From Eledone cirrhosa (lineage: Eukaryota), in contig OZ024741.1 of assembly GCA_964016885.1 (NCBI GenBank), forward strand, positions 344,286,001 through 344,350,000: DNA of 64,000 bases, read 5' to 3'. The position numbers were made by a program, and so were the translations under genes. The notes under the pieces were generated by a model, which saw only the letters and a list, made by a program, of their open reading frames with translations, was not told the origin of the DNA and made no database searches. Of the stretch, positions 45,656-58,288 are shown piece after piece (the first letter of the stretch is position 1; each line of letters opens with the position of its first letter).

Positions 45656-46704
45656 TATATATATATATGTATATATTTACATATATATATATATATATAT
45701 GTGCGTAAATATATGTGTGTGTATATATATATATATATATACACATATGTGTATATATATATGTGTGTGTGTGTCTGTTCGCGCGCGCGCGCGTGTATGT
45801 GTGTGTGCATGTATGTGTATTCGTTAATACAATTTTATATATTCATATATACATTGACTGTCATAAAATTTGTTCAGTCGTTAAAGGCAAAAACACACTT
45901 ATTTTAACATGCGACATTCTACCCTTTGAAATGCCACTGCGCGTAAGATATTTTATATGCTTTTATGGCGGTGTTTGGTAGCATACTGTTGATGAACACA
46001 TGAAACATATAATTAATACTGTTAAGTATAGTATATATATTAAACTTGAAAGCCAGCGAAAATTCTGTCTATCTAACATCAAATATTAGCAAGTTATTGA
46101 AATATATACAAATTTTCATGCATGAAATTAGCATCTTTATAGTGAATTGAAATAGGTTATTTTAATACTTAATGATTAATATTTATAGTTTTAGTCTATG
46201 TAAGGCACTACTTACCTTAAACTACAAATTTGTATAGAATTCCACAAAAAAATGAGGAGAATAACTATGGACACTTTACTAATATCAAAATTCAAACCAA
46301 ACATTAATTCGCAAATACACCAAATACGTGAAATTAACGATGAAGAACATATGGATTTGAAAGTTGAATATTTATATAAAGAGTTGTTAGAAATGTTACC
46401 ACCAGTATAATGAACATTTGCAACCTACGACAAAACGGACGAAGAGCAAGCTATAGTACTTCTTCGTAACATGAGACAGTGATGATCTTATAATAATAGA
46501 TTTAAAAACGGTATTTAGATTACTAACATCTTAATTTAACAAGCAAGGAAAATCCGACTAGGGAGATCAGGTGGTCGAAAATATTAGACAATATAAGCAA
46601 TGTGGTCTGAAGCGTGTCTGGTCATTAAGACCACGAAGAGAAAACAACGGACATACTTCAGTCTTACAAAATCTCTGCGAAACATATTCTATTCAGTTTG
46701 AGTA

Positions 46705-46773
<69 letters not shown>

Positions 46774-46777
46774 GTAG

Positions 46778-47079
<302 letters not shown>

Positions 47080-47114
47080 CATATGCATATATGTATATAT
47101 GTATATATACAAAT

Positions 47115-47610
47115 GTATATATGAATGTATATATAGTGTATTTGGTAATACACTGTATGCTTAATTAAAGACATTTTGAAGAGAAGACCTTACGCTATTG
47201 TTTTAAAGTAGTGACTATGTCGCATACTTCTTTTTTCAACAAACAAAGGGAGATAAGCTGACAGATCTGTTTCATACTGTTGGTATTCCTCAGAGCTTGT
47301 TTATTGAAAAATTATGAATGTTGGATTCTTATAGAATTCCAGTAATAATCAGGAACTGATTATACAGAGCGGTTGCCGGTCCAGCAAAAATTGAAAATTA
47401 GAATTGGTGCTCTGAAATAGCGATATATATATGAATGTATATATAGTGTATTTGGTAATACACTGTATGCTTAATTAAAAGCATTTTGAAGACCTTACGC
47501 TATTGTTTTAAAGTAGTGAATATGTCACCAAATACACTATATGTACCAAATACACTATATATACGTTCATATATACATCGCTATTTCAGAGCACCAATTC
47601 TAATTTTATA
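47115..47610 (-). mobile_element. HHR family C: one unit, a partial tandem copy and an inverted segment (pLTR-like)
   Basis: 47115-47220 repeated at 47426-47525; 47529-47608 inverted. Confidence 0.8.
47255..47298 (-). ncRNA. Fully canonical minimal type I hammerhead
   Basis: AAGCT-CTGAGGA-ATAC caaca GTAT-GAAA-CAGATCTG-TC-AGCTT. Confidence 0.92.
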
Positions 47611-48224
47611 TGTATATATATGTGTGTGTATATATATAATTCATTTTTTTTATTAATAACCGCTCTGTCTGATGAACGATCTATACATTTATTAGTATTG
47701 TCTAGGGTCCTGAAACCTTTTTTAATGGAGTAGTTATACATTGTTTTGTTCACTTTCTAATTTATATATATATACAACTTGTATTATGTACATATATATA
47801 GAACGACAAATGATAAATGTACTCACTTAAAGAAACATTCACCTCAACATTGCCTAAAGTTCACGGTCGTTTCATGAAATTCCAGAATATGATGCTTTTA
47901 ATGATTGAGCTCAACCACCAATTATCGATCTTAGTAATAAGCAACATTAACACCAAGGAACATCATTCATCAATGAGTGGTTAAGGTCTTGTCTATATAC
48001 ATCTCATTGTCCACTCAGTTACATGCACAAGCAAGATTCCCGATAAAACCATATATATATATATATATATATATATTGATATTGATATTGATATATATAA
48101 ACAAATAGTAAAACGGAAAAAAATACAGTAGAAAATGGTGGAAGGATATTTTCAGTATGATATCATAACATATATTTATAAAGTAGGGATTTCCGCATTT
48201 AATCATCGTGTACCAGTTTCAGCT

Positions 48225-48299
<75 letters not shown>

Positions 48300-48304
<5 letters not shown>

Positions 48305-48900
48305 GGATACTATTTATGGTTATGTATATACTAAAACTTTTGATAGTTATGTATATTTTAAACCCTAAACAGTGAAGGTCAGTAATTTATTACTACCTTA
48401 TTACCAGTAAGATAAATAGCTCAATGTAATAACATCAGTTGTTCTACAGAGCAGTTATATAGAATTCACAAGAATCAAAGCTATGTTCAAAGCATTTATT
48501 CACTTACAATTGTTTCATCCAAACCTAGGCATGCAGTCTTCGGAGCATTTTTCAATGTTTGTACACATAATTGACCTCCTTTCCACCGCAAGAGAATACA
48601 GATACATATATATATAGTGATGTCCAGTGGAGTGACATATATTATACTATATTATTTCTGTATAGCAATTCAAATTCAAAATCAAATCAAAATTAAATTT
48701 AAAACAAAATTAAAACAAAATTAAAATACATTCGGCAGTTAACACAGATAATGCAAAAGGATAGTTTGTTAGTCAGATGTAGTAGTTAGTGTATGCATTA
48801 GTTACACGTGGGGCATGCAAGTATGTCCCATTTATATATGATTATTGTGTGGCAGGGTGTTACATGTAATACAAGCACTTTAAGCGGGTAAGTAAGAGTA
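48300..48900 (-). mobile_element. HHR family D copy (decayed HHR at about 48503-48547)
   Basis: Homologous to 9660-9970 and to 10432-10520. Confidence 0.7.
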
Positions 48901-49889
48901 TTATGGTGGTTGTAGTGGTAAGGTATTTTTTGTATATAATAAAAAAGTATGTGTGCAGAAAAATAAAAATAAAAAGGAGAAGCAAAAGTAAGTTATGGTT
49001 TTCGTATCCACCACCATTTTCACATTCAGGAAAAGTAATATATAGTTTTTACATCCATCACATAAGTAACGATGATTCCGTATTGGATGTTTGATGCATT
49101 AACTTAAATTATTTTAGAATTAATTTATTATTTTTAAATTAATTTATTTCCCTTATATAGACGGTTATATATTTATATCCAGTTTCCAATTTTAAATACA
49201 GTCTACTCTATCATGATGTACTAAAGGTATCTATATTAGGATGATTACTCCCTATCATACAGTGCTACAACTGAATACTCCATACAAACAGCCATATCTT
49301 TATATCAAAGTTCACTGCAAATGTAGTTTACTCTCAGAACATGCCAGGGGACCTATTAGAATTATGTTTACATAGCTCCTGGTAAGTTCTGGAGCAGCGT
49401 ATGGTTGTTTGCATGGCAAAGCCAAATACATCTCTAGGGCAGACAAGTACATCCCTCATTTACAATGTCATTAATCTATCCATCAAGTTATACTTGCATA
49501 TATAACTCACATACTATTCATACATAATTCATTGCACTCAACATATAAGTTAGACAGATCTCTTATGTTAATAAATTAATCTTATATATGTCCAATGTTA
49601 TCACTCCATACATATAAATACAATTGCATATATAATTCATTGTCGAATCTGGTATTTAAAGCTTATATAGACTGTATTGTATCACTATATAATTATAAGT
49701 AATTGAAAGCAATTATACTAAAAGTAGGTGTTTATGGGGATATTTCTAGAGTATAAAGTTATAGATAGATGGAATGATTTGTGTCGATATAGGGTGGATC
49801 AGAGAGTGTGGAGTTGTGGTGTAAGGTGTGCCCTTGGGGTGTGGTGTTAGAAGTGGTGATGGGTTCAAGTCTGACATTGTTATATATTG

Positions 49890-51440
49890 GGTTTAAATTT
49901 TTTGAAGGAGTGCCGGAAGCGGTGCTGGCACGACGCAAACACTTCCGATTTTTTTATTAGGAGGTTATGGTTTGAGAATATTATAGTATGGGTCACTAGT
50001 AGACAGAGGTTACAGAATTTATTAGGTGGTTTGTACGATGCCGCCTTACCTATCACTTCCCATTTAAGTGTATAAGATCTATTTCTAGTTTTTAGATAGT
50101 GTATGTAGCTAGACTGTGTTTTTTGAAAGAATGGCGGTGTGAATTGTATCTGGTTTTGAAGCAGTTCGAAGTAGAGCCTATATAGGTTTCAGAAGAGTTG
50201 CTAGTTATGACGGTGCATGAGTATATTATGTCCTTGATTAAGCAGTTTTTTTTTATCTAAAGGGCAGGTTCTATTAGATCTACAGTTACAATTATTTTGG
50301 ATGTTAACCTGTCGGTTATTATGTTGTGTAGAAGTCTGGTTGCTAGGTATTGCATTATGGCTATGGGGGTTGTCGCTCCCAGCGTTATTGATTTCACTAG
50401 TGCTATTAGTATTATTACTATTGATATCAGGGTTTGCAGATATAACGTTGTTTTGAAGGTTTACCCCTGCCATGTTTTAGTTTGTTGGAAGTAAGTATTA
50501 ATTTTTCTTTTATTGCTACTAGCTATGTGGTATGCTATGTTAGGCGTAGTAGACTAGGAGATTTTAATGGTGTTTTTGTTTATAAGACTATGGTACTTGT
50601 GGCCAGATGGGAAGTTTTTATCCAGGAGTGAGAAGAAAGCCTTAAGTGTGTTGGTAGAGACGTTTAGATTGAAAGTGGGGTTGAAAAATGTATTATTTCT
50701 ATTTTTGTTTTTTATGTCTGGTGAGATGCTTCCGTTTATGGTATTTTGGTGACCTCCCTGGTGTGGGTTACGTTTGTTGCCACCCTTCGTACTAGTGTGT
50801 GTGTGGTTATTATTCTTATTACTATTTTTCCTCATGGACATATTGTGCGAAATAATGTTGTAACTATGTGTTTTTGTAGGTATGAACTTGATCTCATTAT
50901 TATGGCCTGATCTAGCTAATCCCTGATTATAATATTGGGAGTTTTTGCTAAATATGTTTTCGTCATAAGATAGATTAGAGATTATATTGGATATTCCTTT
51001 AGAGATAGAGTTTAATATTGATCTAGGTGGTTAGACTTGGTATCTACGTAAATCAGTTTTTCGTTAGGTTTATGGAATAGTGTATATATCCTAGAGTCTA
51101 GGTAGAGGGTGGTATCTAGGAAGTTAACGTTTTTAGTGTTTTTGTCTATGGTGATACTTAGGTTATAGTTTTTGAAAGTCTTGTGCAATAGTTTTCTAGT
51201 TCTTTCTATATTAAATTTTTTATAGTCTATAAGGAGAAGTGCATCATCGCGGTACAAACCACCGTTGAGGTATGGAAAGTCCTTATGGATTTTGTTTAGT
51301 AAGTATAGGCCCACCAAATCCGTGACCTGCGCCGAGTCACTAGATCCCATGGTTATGTCGAAGTTGCTATGCGTATCCTTGCGGGTCCATAACTGGTCTT
51401 CAAAAGTGATTACGGTTTTACGGGCCGCAAGTATGACATC
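49890..51440 (-). pseudogene. Penelope-like element RT plus GIY-YIG (frameshifted)
   Basis: MGSSDSAQVTDLVGLYLL..GGLYRDDAL, VNFLD, KSNH, FNPTFN, CNCRSNRTCPL, YIGSTSNCFKTRYNSH, KW, CNLC. Confidence 0.9.
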
Positions 51441-51491
51441 AATCTGGGGTCTAATCAGGTCACTATGTCAGGTCACTATGTCAGGTCACTA

Positions 51492-51672
51492 TGGTTTGTA
51501 CCGCGATGATGCACTTCTCCTTATAGACTATAAAAAATTTAATATAGAAAGAACTAGAAAACTATTGCACAAGACTTTCAAAAACTATAACCTAAGTATC
51601 ACCATAGACAAAAACACTAAAAACGTTAACTTCCTAGATGCCACCCTCTACCTAGATTCTAGGATATATACA
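51492..51672 (+). repeat. Inverted duplicate of PLE RT segment 51085-51262
   Basis: GLYRDDALLL..RIYT translated on the opposite strand. Confidence 0.9.
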
Positions 51673-51944
51673 CCAGTAAAAAGTAAAATCTCAAATAGTA
51701 TCTGAGATATGGTATTTTATAATCAGAGAAAGATTTTACGCTCACCCTATATGTGTGTGTGGGGGGGGCGTGTGTGTGTGTGTGTGTGAGTGTGTGCATA
51801 GAACAATGAAAACAAGACAGATGTTAGACATATGTAGTTAATTAACAATGAACTAATTAACTACCTACGTCCGACTTCTGTCTCTTTTTCATTGTATATA
51901 CCTATATATGTGTGTGTGTGTTTCTGTGTTTGCGTGTGGGGAGG

Positions 51945-52066
<122 letters not shown>

Positions 52067-52083
52067 GTTCCACAACAGTTAAT

Positions 52084-52220
52084 TCACCATTTCTGAGAAC
52101 AATTTGTTTCACCTTAGACGGATAATCAGCTCGATTTAAATAAGATTATACGCAAGAATCTCATTTAATCCTAGCTGATGATCCGTCTAAGATGAAATAA
52201 GTTGTTCCCGGAAATGGTGA
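52084..52220. mobile_element. Small inverted pair of decayed HHRs
   Basis: On -: GAG-CTGATTA-tCC..GGt-GAAACAAATTGTT-CTC; on +: CTGATGA..GAAATAAGTTGTT. Confidence 0.6.
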
Positions 52221-52414
52221 TGGAACTAACCCTACGAAACTTGTCCCATGGACTGAGAGGCCTACTACTACAGATATAACCCACCAGTTTTCTACTATAT
52301 ATATATTATGAAGTGAGATGACAGGAGGCCAAATATGTTGAATTTCAGTGGTCAGGTTGCGTAAGAACCTGGTTTCCTCATCAAGTGTAAATTGCGTAAT
52401 AGAGGTATACCAAC

Positions 52415-52465
<51 letters not shown>

Positions 52466-52565
52466 TTTATTTATTTATTTATTTATTTATTTAGGTTTGT
52501 TGGTTCACCACTGGATAGAACTGGTCATTCCATATGGTCAACCTCGATGTAATATTATGGAGAGC

Positions 52566-52675
<110 letters not shown>

Positions 52676-52767
52676 ACCTTGTATTCTCCAACTGCACCTT
52701 GATCTATATTGTATGTCCCCTGTATTTTGATTTCTTAAATATGTTCTTATGTACTTCCTTTTTACTC

Positions 52768-52910
52768 AAACCCCATAGTGGTGCCTGGCTCCATGCCCTG
52801 CCCCCCTTCTCCACTGGCACGCAGCTAGACAACCATAGCCTGCGCATCGGCGTTTCTCTGATTCTCTGAGGCTCGGCCTCCGGATCTGCCAGCCACACCA
52901 ATGTCGCTGA
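52768..52910 (+). pseudogene. CRE-clade non-LTR retrotransposon fragment
   Basis: PHSGAWLHALP..TQLDNHSLRIGVSL then, after a frameshift, RLGLRICQPHQCR. Confidence 0.6.
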
Positions 52911-53166
52911 CAAATTGTTCCCAGTGAAAAATAGTTTAATTGGGAATAAGTAAAAATTAGTAATAAGTATTGGTTAGTATTCATTTTTGGTTTTAAGTTT
53001 TTACCGGTTGCGCATTTCTAATGCTTTTCAAAAATAATTTTGAGATAGAGCGCCCGTGATGTTTGCTTATTCCTAATTAAACTATTTTTCACTGGGAACA
53101 ATTTGTCAGCATTTTCTTTTCCTTTTACCAATATATCATAACTCGTGTGTTACACCTCTATTCTTT

Positions 53167-53251
<85 letters not shown>

Positions 53252-53276
53252 CTATTCTTTTAAATATATATATATA

Positions 53277-54960
53277 CAATGATATTAAATAAATGGAAAC
53301 TATATTTATAAAACCATATTTATTCTATTATATATATTTCAAGGGTTCCAAAAAACTTTGGTACGCTTTCATCAGATAAAATACAATGAGTCTTTTATAA
53401 ATTTTGACGTAGCTAAGGAAATCATACCTTATCAGTTGAATTTTCTTGGGTAGTGAGATTAAAGGACGGATATTTCAAACTTATGGATGAATATGCAAAT
53501 GAATATGTAAATAAGGTTGAGTTATATGATTGAAAAAACGTTATTTTAAACGCTATGGAAAGTTTAGATATATAATAATAAGAGACAAAAAAAGAAGAAA
53601 GAAAAAAGAAAAGGAAATATAAGAAGAAGGAAAAGGAAGACCACTTATAACGTTAATTTGTGAGAAATATATTCGAATATTTATCTATATTATGTATATA
53701 TTTATATGGAGAATTATGTTTGTAAGTAAATATCACAATCACTCTTTCAAAAGATCTTATAAAAAATATTCTACTCCCCACTCACATCTTATATGGAACT
53801 TAAAAAGCAAGAATATAGACTGCGCAATATCTTGGAAAACGATATCAAAAGCACCTGCGTACCGAAACACGGCTTTATCAAGATTCTGTAAATTGTGTAT
53901 TGAAGAAATGTTTTATATAATTAACTCTCAAAAGTCTATTAATCTCAGAACAGAGTTATTTACTTCCTGCAGACATCGCCAAAATTCTACATTCAGAAAT
54001 ATATGTAACGTTTAATATACTTATAATATTCCTATTAATCTCCAAAATGATCCTATCTGCTTTAACAATTTATATTTTTAATATATTAATATCTCTAAAT
54101 CATAATATCTCTAATATTTGTAGTACTTTCACCTTTTAGAAAAAAAATATATTTATTTATATGTGTATAGATATTAATTTAAAACATTCTCAATTTTAAC
54201 TACATATATTTACATAAAATACAAAATCAACTTCCCTCGTAACTCATTAAGAACAACCATATAAAACTTGAACTACCTATTTATTTATTTATTTAAAACT
54301 TAAAACGCAAAATGAACCGCCCTCGTAACTCATATTATAAACAACTAATAATTGCAAATTATCCTTTTAATAAAATTACATATCCTATTATTAAAATATA
54401 TATAGATATTTATATATTTAACCCACTACAATATAAAAGATAAATACTTACAAACATAATTCTCCATATAAATATATACATAATATAGATAAATGTTCGA
54501 ATGTATTTCCCCCAAATTAACGTTATAAGTGGTCCTCCTTTTCCTTTTCATTCTTCTTATTTTTTCTTTTCTTTTTTTCTTTCTTCTTTCTTTGTCTCTT
54601 ATTATTATATATCTAAACTTTCCATAGCGTTTAAAATAACGGTTTTTCAATCATATAACTCAACCTTATTTACATATTCATTTGCATATTCATCCATAAG
54701 TTTGAAATATCCGTCCTTTAATCTCACTACCCAAGAAAATTCAACTGATAAGGTATGATTTCCTTGGCTACGTCAAAATTTAAAAAATACTCTTTGTATT
54801 TTATCTGATGAAAGCGTACCAACGTTTTTTGGTACCCTTGAAATATATATAATAGAATAAATATGGTTTTATAAATATAGTTTCCATTTATTTAATGTCA
54901 TTGAATATTTACTCCAGAAATCTGTCGTGTGCTCTGAATCAGTTATAAACATTTATATTT
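53277..54960 (+). mobile_element. PLE 3' remnant (GIY-YIG C-terminus 53732-54015) with an inverted 5' copy of its 3' end
   Basis: Arms about 53277-53720 / 54440-54903; HSFK..LIWNLK..ISWK..CKLCIEE..CRH. Confidence 0.85.
54799..54857 (+). ncRNA. Hammerhead family F (mirror 53323-53381 on -)
   Basis: TTTTAT-CTGATGA-AAGcGTACCAA..TTGGTACcCTT-GAAA-TATATA-TA-ATAGAA. Confidence 0.85.
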
Positions 54961-54962
54961 GT

Positions 54963-55007
<45 letters not shown>

Positions 55008-55035
55008 GTATATATATAGATACATATATATATAC

Positions 55036-55070
<35 letters not shown>

Positions 55071-55180
55071 CATACATATATATATATCTTTTTTTTCCAC
55101 TCTACTACCCTAAGTATTGAGTACTCTGGTGCGTTATGGTCCATCTGGTTCCTTACCACATTTCCTTTGTTATATATATA

Positions 55181-55284
<104 letters not shown>

Positions 55285-55662
55285 TACATTGACATATGCA
55301 TATATATATATGTGTGTGCGTGTGTGTAATCTTTCTATCTATCTATCTGTTTATCTCTGAATATATGTGTCTGTGTCTCTGTGTGTGTGTGCATGTGTAC
55401 AACCCACAAATACAAGCAGGAATCCACACAAGTCCTATATACAATCAAATTAAATTGACACTCCTGAGAAATATCGAACACCAAAATATGCCTCAACTTA
55501 CATAGTACTGCTGTACTCCACCTTTACCACCTCCACTATCAATGCTTCCACCACCTTAACCATCGTTACCGTCACCAACATCGACACGAACATTGCCACA
55601 GGCAAAGTCAGCAATTCTACCGTACCAGACTAGCACTGCTTCCCATTAAAAGCAACAATATA

Positions 55663-55960
<298 letters not shown>

Positions 55961-56131
55961 AAAAGAATAATAGTGGTTTACTTGGAGGACAGACATCAGA
56001 AAACACAGAACAAACGCTAAATCAAATTATTCAGCTAGCTTTTGATGAGGAATTTGCTTATGGAACGTTAGTCCACCAGACACACACACATACATACATA
56101 CATACATACATACATACATACATACATACAT

Positions 56132-56169
<38 letters not shown>

Positions 56170-56294
56170 GGAGAGACAGACAGACATATAAACAGACATA
56201 TACAGACAGACACACATACGTACATACATACATACATACATACATACATACATACATACATACATACATACATACATACATACATACATACATA

Positions 56295-57017
56295 CATGGT
56301 GGCTGCCAACTCGTTTTCGAGTACGGCCACAACTTTATATCCATGTAGGAGAACCCCTACCAATGCGCTGAACGAGTGTAACTTTTTAGTCCAGCCAGCG
56401 ACTTGAAAACTCTGGTACAAACACTACACCTGTGACAATTATTGACACATAGTGCTGGGCCCATGGTACCATGTGATGACAACTGAACGAGTGTAACATT
56501 TTAGTCCAGCCAACGACTTGAAAACTCTGGTACAAACACTACACCTGTGACAATTATTGACACATAGTGCTGGGCCCATGGTACCATGTGATGACAAGTG
56601 CAGAGAGATCTCCAGATATAAAGCAATGCCTGTGCCGTGAAGCTTTTATAGTGAGCAAAGGCACTGCACAAATCCAGTCCCACTCTCTTAACGAAGATGA
56701 TATTTACCAAAAAGAAGAACAAGTCAACATCATTGGATACCATCAGGGTTTCAGGTGTTATATCAGAGTTTTCCTTCTCCTAGATTTCTGCGTTGACAAA
56801 GTCTAAGGGGTCATCTCTCCCGGGGATTTTGGATGGCCATTGACTCTTAAGAGCTCCTTTGCCTTTTGACAGGTTTTGTTGTTAGTCCTGCAGGATGTCC
56901 AAAGTCACCCTCCTCACCAAGAAACCTTGCTGGGGTTGCCAGTTTAGTCGCCAACGACCGGACCATGGGACAGGTTGTACTGGGATACATGTTACCAGTA
57001 GCACCAACTGGTGACTT
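56295..57017 (-). mobile_element. Non-autonomous RTE derivative with internal duplication and twister-like 5' end
   Basis: Homologous to 38575-39172; about 115 bp tandem duplication within 56368-56597. Confidence 0.8.
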
Positions 57018-57181
57018 GACATACATACATACATACATACATACATACAACAGACAGGCATACACATACATACATTCATACATGCATACACATACAGACA
57101 AACAGACAGAGACAGACAAACATATAGACGTCAATACATACTGTCGCATATACACAAACACACAAAAAACCATTATATATA

Positions 57182-57524
57182 CTAGCTGACGTACCCAGCT
57201 TCCGGGTAAACAGATGATAAGAGAAGTCAGGTAAAAGAGAAAATGACTGTATTGGATGCTTGTCTGGTTACAGTATGAGACGAGTCCGTGGTGTCTGTGT
57301 GATACCAAAAACAGTAAAAGAAATCTTCCAGATATACCGGATTCTTCGTTGTACCGTTTGTGCATAGTATATGAACAATTCTAGGTGCTCCCACCTAGAA
57401 TAGTGACCTCTAGGAGATGGTTCATCTTCTGCCTGACTGTAAACGCTTATCATTGCATAGACGTGGTTGTTCAACGTTTCTCAAAAGGATGATGGAAGTT
57501 CCAATCTTTTATATTATATGTAGA
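57182..57524 (-). mobile_element. Helitron 3' terminus (possibly a short complete non-autonomous Helitron)
   Basis: On -: TACCCGG-AAG-CTGGGTA-CGTCAG-CTAG|T; TCTACATATAATATAAAA-like start at 57524. Confidence 0.65.
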
Positions 57525-57924
57525 TATAGATATAGATAATTAATATAAAAGATGTCCGTCTATGTAAAAAGGTCCCTATTTACTTGAAATAGTTTATACA
57601 AATGCCAAATTAATATGGATATGGATAACATGTTTATCTATAAGTGGTCAGCTATAATAATAAAACAATAAATTATATGACACAAAAATTTATTCAGTAA
57701 TTCCCAGGCTCTTAGCCACTGAGTAATAGACAGTCAATATTGCCCAGAGTTCAACTCGGGGAGGTGGCCTGGTTTGAGCTCCAAATGGCGGATCCTTCTA
57801 CTTCGAAAATAGAATCGTTTTTCAATATTACTCTAGCTCTGGCCGGCCATAGGCACCAAACTTTTTGCCAGACTCAGCATATGGTGAGGTTTTATTACCA
57901 TGGTAATCAGAAGCGATAAATTTG

Positions 57925-58258
57925 AAGGCAATTTCTACCAATACTTGTTGGTTTTTATTGCTCATTATCGACAATAAATGACATTGAACAGAAATGATAA
58001 CTCTGTCAAAGCTCACAATACTGATCAAAGGACACCAATGTCTGAATCATTTACGTCGAATATTCATAGCAGTGAAGGCAATTTCTACCAATACTTGTTG
58101 GTATTTATTGCGCAACATAGCAGTGAAAGCAATTTTTACCAATACTTGTTTGTTTTTATTGCTCATAACGACATTAAATGACATTGAACATAAATGATAA
58201 CTCTGTCAAAGCTCACAATACTGATCAAAGGACACCAATGTCCGAATCATTTACGTCG
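57925..58258. repeat. Tandem duplications (about 130 bp and about 50 bp units) 3' of the RepHel
   Basis: Direct reading. Confidence 0.8.
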
Positions 58259-58288
58259 CTTATTGATAGCATTAAATATATGCATACA

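Noticed and set aside
47665-47985. CTGATGA..GAAA and TTGATGA..GAAACGACCG motifs
   Set aside because: Stem I or stem III cannot be closed.
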